Notes: generated by a model from the letters alone, not told the origin. Shown: positions 37,529 to 49,369, counted from the stretch's first letter. The stretch is 64,000 bases of DNA from Candidatus Iainarchaeum sp. (GCA_026397015.1 JAPLVR010000003.1:192001-256000); one strand, 5' to 3'. A program made the numbers and translations.

Positions 37529-38722
37529 ATGAACGCGATTGACATAACCGAGTTTGTAATAAAGACGTTCAGGGAGGGCAAACTTAGGACGTTTCTTACA
37601 CTTGTGGGGATAGTAATAGGCGTTGCGGCGATAACGACTCTTTTTTCAGTGGGCACTTCGTTGAATGCGACTATCGAAAACGTTTTTCTCGCATTTGGGA
37701 CCGACATGATTTACATAGAACCGGGAATGAGCATAAGCGAAATGATGACGACAAAGATAAGCGACGACGCGATAAAACTTGCTGAAGGGGTAAGGGGCGT
37801 AAAAGAAGTAATTCCCTTTTATGAGACGAGCAGCGTCGGAAAAATTGGAAGCACGGAAAGTGGTTTTTTTATATTCGGAATTGACCCGGCCAAATTTGCA
37901 ACGTTCGATGAGTCTGGTTATTTCACCGTGCTGGAAGGCAGACCGCTGAATAAGGGCGAGATATATTCAGTGCTTACATATAAAGACGCGCTAAAAAAAT
38001 CTTTCGGAAAGGAAATAAAACTCGGGCAGTCAATTGAATTCAACAAAAAAAAGTTCAAAATAGTCGGATTTCTCGCGGAAAACTCGATGATGAGCGTGAG
38101 CCTCGGAGGAACCAATCTGCTGATAGTAAGCGACACGGCTGCAAAGGAATTGTTCGATACAAAAGATGCGATGGAAGCGGCTGTGACAGTGTTTGAAGGC
38201 TATGACTTAACAGATGTCGGCAGCAAAATTGAAACCAAACTGGATGACAAATACGGAAAAGGGGTTTACACAATTCTGACGCCGGACGAGGCATTAGCGC
38301 AGGTCGGCCAAATAATACTTATTGTGCAGGTGGTGCTAGGGTTCATTGCATTCATTTCGCTTATCGTCGGAGGAATAGGAATAATCAACACGATGGTAAT
38401 GAATGTGAATGAAAGGGTTCAGGAAATAGGGACTATGAAAGCTATAGGCGCGACAAATACTACGATTGAAATGTTGTTTCTTTTTGAAGCGCTGATAATG
38501 GGGCTCGGGGGCGGACTGATAGGAGTTGTGATAGGATACATAATGACTTTTGCAGTGGTGCTGGTTGCAGGCGCAACAGGATTCCCGATGATTTTTACCA
38601 TTGACTGGGGGCTTGCAGGCGGAATGATTATTTTTGCGTGCGCAATGGGCGCGGTAGCGGGAATAATTCCCGCAAGAATTGCCGCATCAATGGAACCTAC
38701 AAAAGCGCTGAGGTACGAGTAA
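37529..38722 (+). CDS. ABC transporter permease, MacB/FtsX family
   Basis: RTFLTLVGIVIGV, GGIGIINTM, EIGTMKAIGA, PARIAA. Confidence 0.92.
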   Translation: MNAIDITEFVIKTFREGKLRTFLTLVGIVIGVAAITTLFSVGTSLNATIENVFLAFGTDMIYIEPGMSISEMMTTKISDDAIKLAEGVRGVKEVIPFYETSSVGKIGSTESGFFIFGIDPAKFATFDESGYFTVLEGRPLNKGEIYSVLTYKDALKKSFGKEIKLGQSIEFNKKKFKIVGFLAENSMMSVSLGGTNLLIVSDTAAKELFDTKDAMEAAVTVFEGYDLTDVGSKIETKLDDKYGKGVYTILTPDEALAQVGQIILIVQVVLGFIAFISLIVGGIGIINTMVMNVNERVQEIGTMKAIGATNTTIEMLFLFEALIMGLGGGLIGVVIGYIMTFAVVLVAGATGFPMIFTIDWGLAGGMIIFACAMGAVAGIIPARIAASMEPTKALRYE

Positions 38723-38766
38723 ATATGTTTTGGGCGCAAACAAATATTTTTTGGGTGGCGAGTTAA

Positions 38767-39954
38767 ATGATTGACTTGGAACTTGTTAGGAGAGGATTTG
38801 GCAACATAAAAAATTACGGGCTCAGGAGCGCGCTCACAATACTTGGAATAATTGTTGCTGTTGCGTTAATAGTTGCGCTGATTTCAATAAGCAACGGTTT
38901 TTCCGCGAGCATTGACAAGCAGTTCGAATCGTTCGGAACGAACACCCTTATAGTAATGCCGGGAAAGAGTTCCATGGAAGGAATGTTTGCAAAACTTCAG
39001 GAAGGAGACGGAGCCGTTATTGAAAAAGTTTCAAGGGTAAAACTCGCGGTTGAAATATTTACCTCTTCCGTTGACGTAACTTTCAAAGGCGAAACAAAAA
39101 GAACGCCTGTTTACGGGGGATCGAGAAAAAACTTTTCAAATCTTGAATTCAATAATTTTATCACAATAGGGGAAGGAGCGCTCATACAAAAACAGAGCGG
39201 GCTGTTGGTCGGAGGGAAGTTTGCAACTGAAAAATTTGACAAAGAAATAACTCTCGGGTCGATGCTCCAACTGGGCGGAAAAGAATTCAATGTTGTCGGG
39301 ATTCTCAAAACATCGCAAAATTTCACATCTTCGATGTTTTCAAGCGCAATACTGATGGATTCTGATGAACTTAAGAAAATTCAACCGAGTATAGTGCCTT
39401 CAAGAATATTCGTGAAATTTGACGATACCGCAGATGTCGAAGAAATTAAAGACAAAATTACAAAAAAACTGAAGGATGCGCATGGAAAAGAAGATTTCAG
39501 GATAGTTGATTCGAAACAGCTGGCCCAATCGGCGACTTCCGTACTTGGAACAATACAGGTGGTGGTGCTCGGAATCGCATTCATTTCCCTCCTTGTGGGT
39601 GCAATCGGTGTAATGAATTTAATGTTCATGAACGTAAGCAACAGAACAAAAGAAATAGGGACTATGAAAGCGATAGGCGCGACCAATTATCAGGTGATGG
39701 TAATTTTCCTGACGGAAGCAATGCTTATCGGCACAATAGGGGGGCTAATAGGGGCGACAATCGGCATCGCGGTCGGAATTGCTTCGGAAGCGGTTGCAAA
39801 TGCCGCCGGGTTCGAACTGATACCGGTAATGGGAATCGATTTGATTTTGTTTGCAATATTTTTTGCCGGAATCATAGGGATACTTTCAGGCGTGCTGCCT
39901 GCAATAAGGGCTTCGCGGCTTGATCCTGTTGACGCAATAAGGCAAAGCAACTGA
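38767..39954 (+). CDS. ABC transporter permease, MacB/FtsX family (paralogue)
   Basis: RSALTILGI, EIGTMKAIGA, PAIRASRLDPVDAIR. Confidence 0.92.
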   Translation: MIDLELVRRGFGNIKNYGLRSALTILGIIVAVALIVALISISNGFSASIDKQFESFGTNTLIVMPGKSSMEGMFAKLQEGDGAVIEKVSRVKLAVEIFTSSVDVTFKGETKRTPVYGGSRKNFSNLEFNNFITIGEGALIQKQSGLLVGGKFATEKFDKEITLGSMLQLGGKEFNVVGILKTSQNFTSSMFSSAILMDSDELKKIQPSIVPSRIFVKFDDTADVEEIKDKITKKLKDAHGKEDFRIVDSKQLAQSATSVLGTIQVVVLGIAFISLLVGAIGVMNLMFMNVSNRTKEIGTMKAIGATNYQVMVIFLTEAMLIGTIGGLIGATIGIAVGIASEAVANAAGFELIPVMGIDLILFAIFFAGIIGILSGVLPAIRASRLDPVDAIRQSN

Positions 39955-40009
39955 CACGCGAAACGAAATTGATCAATGGGCAATCGGGCTGAAAAAAATA
40001 AAAAATGTT

Positions 40010-40291
40010 TTACAGCGCGAGAATAATTCTTCTGATGTCGAGAAGCAGAGCCATTATTGAAACCATGAGCGCAATTTGAAGGTAAATAAAAATCTGGGAT
40101 TTTGGGAGTCCTGCCTGAATTGAGATTGCACCAAACATTATGCCGCCCAAAAAAACAAGAACAATTTTTACGAGAGAATGATGAGAAGTCCTTTCCCCGT
40201 CGAGGAACGACGAATTATGGTGGACCAAGCGCTCAAGGCTTCGCTGTTTTAAGGAAAATTTTTTTGAAAAGCCCCCGCTTTTTTGAACCAT
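40010..40291 (-). CDS. Small 2-TM membrane protein
   Basis: Two C-terminal hydrophobic helices; upstream CTTAAATA box. Confidence 0.6.
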   Translation of the reverse strand: MVQKSGGFSKKFSLKQRSLERLVHHNSSFLDGERTSHHSLVKIVLVFLGGIMFGAISIQAGLPKSQIFIYLQIALMVSIMALLLDIRRIILAL

Positions 40292-40408
40292 AAAATAATT
40301 ACTCGCCTCTCCTATTTAAGCTTTTGTTTGCCAAAATTTAGCGCCGATTTTCAAAAAATTTCTCGTGCCCTTCAGGTTTTTTAAATGTTTCCAGGCACTT
40401 TTTCTGCT

Positions 40409-40837
40409 ATGGGCATAACATATTTTTCTCTGCAGGGCGCAAATGAAAAAATACAAAAAATAAAGCCGATTATAGAAAGGATGCGCCAGCTTGTCGAGGA
40501 GCTTGATTTTCTTGATAACACAAAAATAGAACTAGAAAATGAGAGTACGGAAAGCCTTATGCTCGAGGTTGCATTGAACAAAAGCTTCCACGAAAAAAAT
40601 CTGGAATTGTATTCCCTGATAGAAAAGGTGATACGCGAAGGCTGCATAGTAAGGGACTTGCAAAGCATGGAAATCGATTTTTATTCAAAATTGGGGGAGC
40701 GAAATATTCTCCTGTGCTGGAAACGCGGAGAGGAAAAAGTACAGTGCTGGCACGAAACATTCGAGGATTGCTCGAAAAGGAAACCCGCCGTTTTAATCGA
40801 AAAAAATTACTTTGAGCAGCTCAAAAGGCTGCGGTAA
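40409..40837 (+). CDS. DUF2203 family protein
   Basis: YFSL..AN, G..VRD....IDF, LCWKRGE..V..WH, RKP. Confidence 0.8.
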   Translation: MGITYFSLQGANEKIQKIKPIIERMRQLVEELDFLDNTKIELENESTESLMLEVALNKSFHEKNLELYSLIEKVIREGCIVRDLQSMEIDFYSKLGERNILLCWKRGEEKVQCWHETFEDCSKRKPAVLIEKNYFEQLKRLR

Positions 40838-40923
40838 ACCGATGTTTTTGCGGAGGCTGGAAAAGCTGCGTCCTCATAAAGACTTTTAAAGCTTTCTTAA
40901 TTAGAATCTGTTTGAAAATAATT

Positions 40924-41103
40924 GCTTGGTAGCCATCGGCAGGTTAATTTTTTGGACGCGGGCTTTTATGGTTTTTAAAGGCCTAAGAAACGGAAGAGGG
41001 GCGGAGTTGCGTAATCATTGGGAAAATAACCTTTTATGGAAGTAAAAGCGCGTTATTTTTCCATTTAGCCTTTTTGCTGATGAATTGCTTGGCAGTTACA
41101 AGC
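40924..41103 (+). ncRNA. Candidate structured 5' leader RNA of the RNAP operon
   Basis: Nested helices with G-U pairs and a GGAA tetraloop, between TTTTAAAG box (~40884) and rpoH RBS. Confidence 0.45.
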
Positions 41104-41120
41104 GCGAGCCTGGTGATTGA

Positions 41121-41351
41121 TTGGACTTTGAAATCAAAGATCATTATTTGGTTCCTGAGCACGTCCTAATTAGGAAGGAAAAGGTCGAAGAGTTAATGGC
41201 CGGGCTAGGAATAAGAAAAGAATCTTTGCCGAGAATTTCGAAAGTTGATCCTGCAATAAAACTTTTAAAACCGAAAAAAGGCGACGTTGTAAAAATAATC
41301 CGCGATTCGATAACCGCCGGGCAGACGGTATACTACAGGATTGTGGAGTAA
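41121..41351 (+). CDS. rpoH: RNA polymerase subunit Rpo5 (H)
   Basis: HYLVPEH, LPRI...DP, GDVVKIIR.S.TAG...YYR. Confidence 0.96.
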   Translation: MDFEIKDHYLVPEHVLIRKEKVEELMAGLGIRKESLPRISKVDPAIKLLKPKKGDVVKIIRDSITAGQTVYYRIVE

Positions 41352-41394
41352 AATTTTTTGATTTCGGAACGATGAAGGATTGTGAGGGGTTTTT

Positions 41395-42858
41395 GTGGGC
41401 TGGGAACTGATTGAATCTTACTTCAAGAACAAAAACATCGCACAGATGGAGATTGATTCATACAACCAGTTCATCGAAAAAAAGCTTGACAATATTGTGA
41501 AGGAAAACGCGCTGATTGTTCCGAAAATAGAAGAAGTAAAAGTAGAGCTTTCAAATATCGAAATTCTGAAACCGAAAATTACTGAAGCGGATGGTTCGCC
41601 GCGCGAAGAGTTTACGCCGATGGAAGCGAGGCTGAGAAACAGGACTTATGCCGGACCGATTTATTTGGAAATGAGGCTTTACAGAAGGGATGTGGAACAG
41701 GATGCGAGAAGGGCGTACATCGGCGACATACCCGTAATGCTGAAATCAAAACTTTGCTGGCTGGACGGAAAAAGCCCGGAAGAACTTACTGAAATGGGCG
41801 AGGACCCCAAAGATTTCGGCGGATACTTTATTGTGAACGGTTCTGAAAAGGCGTTAATGACCCAGGAAGTTCTTGCATCCGACAGGGTATTAATTTCAGA
41901 AAGCGAAAAGGGGGTTGCCGCGGAAGTTATTTCAACGCGCGGAGCATTTAAAGGAAGAACAAGGGTTACGAGAAGCCCTGAGGGAATAATTTATGTTTCA
42001 TTCCCGACAAGCCCGAGAAAATTAATGATTGTCACGCTTTTCAAAGCGCTTGGATTAAAAACGAAGTCGGACGTCTTCGGCGCATTTCCGGAAGAAGTCG
42101 AAGTGGTAAACGATTTGTTATTGAACTGGGAAGAGTGCGAAATAAAGGATGAGGAGGAGGCGCTGGACAAAATCGGAAAATACGTTGCGCCCGGGCAGGT
42201 AATTGATTACAGGCTTAGAAGGGCAAGGGAAGTAATTGACGGCTTTTTGCTGCCTCACATAGGGCAGGAGGAACCGGCCAGATTGACGAAGGCATACTAT
42301 CTGGCAATGATGGCAACAAAAGCGATTGAAAGAAGCTACGGTTTAAGGGGAGAGGACGACAAGGACCATTACGCAAACAAGAGATTGGAGTTGAGCGGAA
42401 AACTGATGGAACACTTGTTCAGGTATTCATTCAAGTATTTTGTAAAGGATTTGAGATTCCAGATCGACAGGACTGTTACGAGAAGAAGAAAATTAAATAT
42501 TTCAACAATAGTCAGACCGGGCGCGATGACGGAAAGAGTCAGGTTTGCGATGAGCACGGGAAACTGGATAGGGAGAAGCACGGGCGTGGCAAAATTCATG
42601 GACAGGGTAAATTATTTGAGCCCTCTTACTGACATAAGAAAAATAAAGAGCCAGCTGAGCAAAACAAGGGAACTTTACGAGGCAAGGGACGTTCACGGAA
42701 CGCACTGGGGAAGATTGTGCCCGGTGGAAACGCCTGACGGTCCGCAATGCGGATTAGTAAAAAATCTCGGATTATTGGCGGAAGTTACGACCGAATCTGA
42801 TGAGAAGCCGATTGAGGATTTCCTGCACAATCAGGGAGTAAAGCTGAAGAAATTGTAG
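41395..42858 (+). CDS. rpoB2: RNA polymerase subunit Rpo2N (B'')
   Basis: EARLRNRTY, GGYFIVNGSE, DDKDHYANKRL, CPVETPDG..CGLVKNL. Confidence 0.96.
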   Translation: MGWELIESYFKNKNIAQMEIDSYNQFIEKKLDNIVKENALIVPKIEEVKVELSNIEILKPKITEADGSPREEFTPMEARLRNRTYAGPIYLEMRLYRRDVEQDARRAYIGDIPVMLKSKLCWLDGKSPEELTEMGEDPKDFGGYFIVNGSEKALMTQEVLASDRVLISESEKGVAAEVISTRGAFKGRTRVTRSPEGIIYVSFPTSPRKLMIVTLFKALGLKTKSDVFGAFPEEVEVVNDLLLNWEECEIKDEEEALDKIGKYVAPGQVIDYRLRRAREVIDGFLLPHIGQEEPARLTKAYYLAMMATKAIERSYGLRGEDDKDHYANKRLELSGKLMEHLFRYSFKYFVKDLRFQIDRTVTRRRKLNISTIVRPGAMTERVRFAMSTGNWIGRSTGVAKFMDRVNYLSPLTDIRKIKSQLSKTRELYEARDVHGTHWGRLCPVETPDGPQCGLVKNLGLLAEVTTESDEKPIEDFLHNQGVKLKKL

Positions 42859-42891
42859 TTTATATTTTTAAGTTTGAAACGGTGAAAAAAG

Positions 42892-44706
42892 ATGGCAAAA
42901 TTTGCAAAGGTTTACATCAATGGAAGGCTGATAGGATTCCATGAAAACCCTGAAGAACTTACTGAAAAAACAATCGAATCGAGAAGAGCGGGAAGGATTC
43001 CAAAAGAAGTCAATGTGGCATTCCACAAGGACACAAACGAAGTCTACATCAACTCCGATGCGGGAAGATTGCAAAGGCCGGTAATTGTTGTAAAAAACGG
43101 GAAAAGCCTTTACACCGAAGAAATAAAAAAGAAGGTTGAAGACGGAAAGGCTTCCTTCAAACAGATTGTTGAAATGGGAATAATCGAATTTTTGGACGCG
43201 GAAGAAGAGGAAAATGCATTCATCGCGCAAGTGGACGAAGAACCTACAAAGGAACACACTCATCAGGAAATTGACGGCGCAAGCGTATTGAGCATAATAA
43301 CAAACCTCATACCTTACCTTGAGCATAACATGGCGGGAAAGGTTTTGCACGGTGCGAAAATGTTCAAACAGGCAATAGGAATGGGGGCAACAAACTACAA
43401 TTTGAGACACGACACCGAAGGGTACACTCTTTACTATCCGCAAAAAAGCATTGTAAAAACAAAAACGATGGACATACTGGAATTGGACAAAAGACCGTTA
43501 AACCAAAATTTTGTTGTCGCAATACTTCCATATTATGGGTACAATACGATGGATGCCGTTGTAATAAATCGCGGAGCGATTGAAAGGGGACTGGGCAGGG
43601 GCTCATATTACAGGAATTATGAAACGAATGAAAACAGGTATCCCGGCGGACAGAGGGACAGATTCGAGGTTCCGACCGAAGACAAGGTTGAGTTTGTTGA
43701 TGAAAAAGAATTCACAAAAATCGGGCAGGATGGATTAATACAATTGGAAGAGTTTGCCGGAGACCATGAAGTAATTATAGGAAAAACTTCGCCCCCAAGA
43801 TTTTTGGAAGAAATGAGCGATTTCGGAGTCGACCAGGAAAAGAGAAGGGACAGCTCTGTAAGGGTAAAAAAAGGAAAGCCCGGCTACGTGGACACCATAA
43901 TAATGACCGAAGGAGAAGACGGAAGCAGGCTTGTTAAATTGAAGGTAAGAACGCCGCTGATTCCAAGCGTTGGAGATAAGTTCTCTTCAAAACACGGGCA
44001 AAAAGGAATCGTTTCAATGATAGTTCCGGAAGAGGACATGCCTTTTACAATTGACGGGATAAAACCTGATTTAATTTTGAACCCGCACTCAATCCCTTCA
44101 AGAATGACGATGGGGCATCTGCTTGAAATGCTTGCGGGAAAAGCGGGGTGCATGAGCGGCCAAATAATTGACGGAACGCCTTTTGCCTCAATGAAAAGAG
44201 AGGAACTTGAACAGATGCTTTTTGAAAGGGGATTCAGGTCGGACAACAATCAGATTTTGTATGACGGGATTACCGGAAAGAGATTAGAGGGCGCGGTATT
44301 TACCGGAGTAATTGCTTACAAAAAACTTTATCACGTCGTTGCACACAAATTGCAGGCGAGGGCACGCGGGCCTGTACAAGTGCTGACAAGGCAGCCGACG
44401 GAAGGAAAAGAAAAAGAGGGAGGGCTAAGATTCGGAGAGATGGAGGGAGAAACTCTTGTCGGGCACGGAGCGGCGATGCTGTTGCATGAAAAATTACTTG
44501 AGGATTCGGATAAGACGGTTGAATTGGTGTGCGAAAAATGCGGCGTTGTCGCAATAAACGATGAAATAAGAAACAAGAGGTACTGCCCGTTATGCAAAGG
44601 TTCAAGCGTTTACCCTGTTGAGATGAGCTACGGCTTCAAGCTTTTGCTTGAAGAACTTAAGGCGCTGGGCATTTTGACTAAACTCAATCTGGCGGACAAG
44701 GTTTGA
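42892..44706 (+). CDS. rpoB1: RNA polymerase subunit Rpo2C (B')
   Basis: GDKFSSKHGQKG, PSRMTMG, RQPTEG...GGLRFGEME. Confidence 0.96.
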   Translation: MAKFAKVYINGRLIGFHENPEELTEKTIESRRAGRIPKEVNVAFHKDTNEVYINSDAGRLQRPVIVVKNGKSLYTEEIKKKVEDGKASFKQIVEMGIIEFLDAEEEENAFIAQVDEEPTKEHTHQEIDGASVLSIITNLIPYLEHNMAGKVLHGAKMFKQAIGMGATNYNLRHDTEGYTLYYPQKSIVKTKTMDILELDKRPLNQNFVVAILPYYGYNTMDAVVINRGAIERGLGRGSYYRNYETNENRYPGGQRDRFEVPTEDKVEFVDEKEFTKIGQDGLIQLEEFAGDHEVIIGKTSPPRFLEEMSDFGVDQEKRRDSSVRVKKGKPGYVDTIIMTEGEDGSRLVKLKVRTPLIPSVGDKFSSKHGQKGIVSMIVPEEDMPFTIDGIKPDLILNPHSIPSRMTMGHLLEMLAGKAGCMSGQIIDGTPFASMKREELEQMLFERGFRSDNNQILYDGITGKRLEGAVFTGVIAYKKLYHVVAHKLQARARGPVQVLTRQPTEGKEKEGGLRFGEMEGETLVGHGAAMLLHEKLLEDSDKTVELVCEKCGVVAINDEIRNKRYCPLCKGSSVYPVEMSYGFKLLLEELKALGILTKLNLADKV

Positions 44707-44741
44707 TTTTGATTAATGTGAAGTGTGAACGGTGTTGAAAA

Positions 44742-47357
44742 ATGTTGATGAAAAAAATCGGGAGCGTTGAATTCAATTTCCTGACCCCTGAACTGGTAAG
44801 GAAGATGAGCGCAATCGAAATAACAACGCCCGAAACTTACGATAAAGACGGATTCCCTATGGAAGGCGGCCTGATGGACCCGCATCTCGGGGTAATAAAT
44901 CCGGGCATAAGATGCAAGACATGCGGCCAGCAAATGAGGCAGTGCTCCGGCCACTTTGGGCATCTCGAACTTGAAAGGCCCATTGTTCATTCCGAATTCG
45001 GAAAAAAACTCGAACTTTTAATGCAAGCAACTTGCAAAGAATGCGGAAAAATACTTTTGCCGGATGACCAGATAGCAAAATTAAAGGAAATGTCAAGAGG
45101 CAGAACTGTAGATTACACAAAAAAAATAGTGCTCAAAACGAAGGACGTAAAAAAATGCCCTCACTGCAAAGGAGAGCATGGAAAAATGCTGCTGGACAAG
45201 CCAACGAACTTTTTCTACGACAAAGAAAGAATCTATCCGACACAGATAAGGGAATGGGTGGAAAAAATTACAAACGAAGACATCAAACTTTTCGGTTACA
45301 ATCCGGAAAGAATAAGGCCGGAGTGGTTCATACCGACAGTGCTGCAGGTTCCGCCGATTACGATAAGGCCGAGCATCACACTTGATTCCGGAATAAAGAG
45401 CGAAGATGACCTGACCCACAAATTGGTTGACATCATAAGAATTAATCTGAGGCTGAAGGACAACATCGAAGCCGGAGCGCCGCAATTAATCATTGAAGAT
45501 TTGTGGGATTTGCTCCAATACCACGTGACAACTTACTTCGATAATAACACTGCAGGGGTTCCACCGGCAAAGCACAGAAGCGGAAGGCCGCTGAGAACGA
45601 TTATTCAAAGGTTGAAGGGAAAGAAGGGAAGATTCAGGTATAACTTAACCGGAAAAAGGGTTAATCACGCGGCAAGATCAATTATTGTTCCGGACCCTTA
45701 CATAGATATTTCAGAACTCGGAGTTCCCGAAGACGCGGCAAAGGAACTTACTGTTCCTGAATTTGTAACGGAGTGGAATCTTGCGAACGTGAAAACACAA
45801 ATCAAGGAAAGCACCGCGCACGTTTACATAATAAGGCCGAACGGGACGAGAAGGAAAGTAACTGAAGAAAACAGGGAAGAAATTTTGAAGGAAGTTGACA
45901 CGGGATACAGAATCGAAAGAAATTTGCAAGACGGGGACATAGTGCTGTTTAACAGGCAGCCTTCACTGCACAGGATTTCAATGCTCGGCCACAAGGCAAG
46001 AATCTTGCCGGGAAAAGTTTTCAGGCTCAATCCGATTGTTTGTGCACCGTACAACGCAGACTTTGACGGAGATGAAATGAATTGCCACGTTCCGCAGACC
46101 GAAGAAGGAAAAGTGGAGGCAAAAAGGCTGATGATGGTTAGGGACCACATTATTTCTCCGAGGTATGGCGCGCCGATAATTGCGCCGAAAGAAGATATTG
46201 TTTCCGGAGCATTTGCTTTAACGATTCCGCAGACAAAATTCACGAAAGAAGAAGCGATGAGGCTGCTTTACAGCATGGGAGTAACGGAACTTCCAAAACC
46301 GGATTTGGGAAAAAATTATTCGGGCAGAATGATATTTTCGCACACGTTGCCGAAGGATTTGAACCTTGAATACGATTCTTACACGCACAAGATTCTGAAG
46401 AAAGCCGGGATATGCGAAGAAGATTGTAAGGAAAACTGCAAACACGGCGCATATGTGAAAATCGTTGACGGAAAATTGGTGAGCGGAATAATTGATTCCG
46501 CGTCGCTGAGCGAAGGAAAAGGAATTATAATTGACACGATTGCAAGAAACTATCCGAGCGAAGTAATTGAAAAGTTCTACCACAATTTGGCGAGACTGAC
46601 GAGCCACATTCTGACCGAAGAGGGAATGACTGCGAGCCTTGCGGAGTTTGACATCAGCGAAAATGCGAGGGCGATAAAGAAAAGAGTTTTAAGCGAAACG
46701 CTGAGAAAGGGCGAAGAACTCGTTGAGAAATACAAAAAAGAAACGCTTGAAATAATTCCGGGAAGAACGCTGGACGAAAGCTTTGAAATTTACATGATGA
46801 GGCTGGGCACGGAGGCAAAGGAAAAAGTTGAAATCGAAATAATGAAGGAAAAACTTGATTATGTTTTGTGCGAAAAAGTAATATTTAACACAATCGCAAT
46901 GATACTCGCAAAGTCAAGGGGAAGCGCAACTAACCTGATGAACATAGGCGGGTTCTGGGGACAGGCGTCCGTAAGGGAAGGAAGACCGAAAAAGGGCTTC
47001 GATAAAAGGCTTATCTCTTCAAATGAAAAGGGAGACGTTGGAATTCACGCAGGCGGTTTCATCGAGAGCAACTTCCTCGAAGGAATGACACCGAAAGAAT
47101 ACTTCTACCATTCGATGGGAGGAAGACAGGGAGAGGTTGATACAGGAGTATCGACAAAGGTTTCGGGTTACCTTTACAGAAGGCTTGCGAATTCGCTGAA
47201 AGATGTTCTGGCTGCGCCGGACGGAACTGTTAGGACTGCGGCAAACAACATAGTTCAATACACATACGGAGAAGACGGGGTATTCCCGAAAAACACAAAG
47301 AGAGGAGTGGGCGTAGACGTAAAAGAAGAATACGCCAAAATGAAAAGCGGAAATTAA
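44742..47357 (+). CDS. rpoA1: RNA polymerase subunit Rpo1N (A')
   Basis: C.GHFGH, NRQPSLH, catalytic NADFDGDEM. Confidence 0.97.
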   Translation: MLMKKIGSVEFNFLTPELVRKMSAIEITTPETYDKDGFPMEGGLMDPHLGVINPGIRCKTCGQQMRQCSGHFGHLELERPIVHSEFGKKLELLMQATCKECGKILLPDDQIAKLKEMSRGRTVDYTKKIVLKTKDVKKCPHCKGEHGKMLLDKPTNFFYDKERIYPTQIREWVEKITNEDIKLFGYNPERIRPEWFIPTVLQVPPITIRPSITLDSGIKSEDDLTHKLVDIIRINLRLKDNIEAGAPQLIIEDLWDLLQYHVTTYFDNNTAGVPPAKHRSGRPLRTIIQRLKGKKGRFRYNLTGKRVNHAARSIIVPDPYIDISELGVPEDAAKELTVPEFVTEWNLANVKTQIKESTAHVYIIRPNGTRRKVTEENREEILKEVDTGYRIERNLQDGDIVLFNRQPSLHRISMLGHKARILPGKVFRLNPIVCAPYNADFDGDEMNCHVPQTEEGKVEAKRLMMVRDHIISPRYGAPIIAPKEDIVSGAFALTIPQTKFTKEEAMRLLYSMGVTELPKPDLGKNYSGRMIFSHTLPKDLNLEYDSYTHKILKKAGICEEDCKENCKHGAYVKIVDGKLVSGIIDSASLSEGKGIIIDTIARNYPSEVIEKFYHNLARLTSHILTEEGMTASLAEFDISENARAIKKRVLSETLRKGEELVEKYKKETLEIIPGRTLDESFEIYMMRLGTEAKEKVEIEIMKEKLDYVLCEKVIFNTIAMILAKSRGSATNLMNIGGFWGQASVREGRPKKGFDKRLISSNEKGDVGIHAGGFIESNFLEGMTPKEYFYHSMGGRQGEVDTGVSTKVSGYLYRRLANSLKDVLAAPDGTVRTAANNIVQYTYGEDGVFPKNTKRGVGVDVKEEYAKMKSGN

Positions 47358-48860
<1,503 letters not shown>

Positions 48861-48890
48861 TTTTCACCAGCCTTTTTCGCAAAAAGGCTG
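48861..48890 (+). repeat. REP-like palindrome
   Basis: TTTTCAC-CAGCCTTTTT-CGC-AAAAAGGCTG directly after the rpoA'' stop and before a TTTAAAAA box. Confidence 0.85.
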
Positions 48891-48933
48891 ATTTAAAAAC
48901 GTTAATGAAAGGGATTGTATAGTAATTGTTTTG

Positions 48934-49008
48934 CCTTGGGAAGCGGAAAGCGCGGAGTAAGGCGGTTAAAGAGTTAACTGCTTTTAATCCAGTGCTCCTC
49001 GACCCAGG
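48934..49008 (+). ncRNA. Candidate structured leader upstream of rpl30e
   Basis: CCTTGGG/CCCAGG, GGAGTA/TGCTCC and AGGCGGTTAA/TTAACTGCTT nested helices. Confidence 0.4.
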
Positions 49009-49039
49009 TTATTGGTGGGCGGACAGAAAGTGATTTATC

Positions 49040-49336
49040 GTGGAAATAAACAAGGAAATCAGGCGTGCGGTTGACACCGGAAAGGTTTCATTCGGGCAGA
49101 GACAGTGCCTAAAAAACCTTGCGAGCGGAAAGGGCGAACTGGTAATAGTCAGCGAAAATCTCCCGCGCAACGAAAAAGAAAAAGTAGAGCATATGGCAAA
49201 AATTGAAAATAAAAAATTCTACGTATTCAGCGGAAACGGGCTGACGCTCGGAAGCATCTGCGGAAAACCATTCGTAGTTTCGACAATGCTCGTGCTCGAC
49301 GCTGGAAAAAGCAAGGTGCTTGAAGCCGTGCAGTAG
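49040..49336 (+). CDS. rpl30e: 50S ribosomal protein L30e
   Basis: AVDTGKV.FG, LG.ICGKPF.VS, DAGKS. Confidence 0.95.
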   Translation: MEINKEIRRAVDTGKVSFGQRQCLKNLASGKGELVIVSENLPRNEKEKVEHMAKIENKKFYVFSGNGLTLGSICGKPFVVSTMLVLDAGKSKVLEAVQ

Positions 49337-49369
49337 AAACAAAACAACATAAAAAAAGCAGTGGGAACA

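Noticed and set aside
40924-41103. SRP RNA or RNase P RNA
   Set aside because: The GGAA-capped arm lacks the SRP helix-8 symmetric loop (CAGG/AGCA); no GAGGAAAGUCC RNase P motif.
48940-49038. Reduced RNase P RNA (GCGGAAAG...ACAGAAA resemblance)
   Set aside because: Only ~100 nt, the P4 pairing is poor, and the 3' part doubles as the rpl30e RBS.
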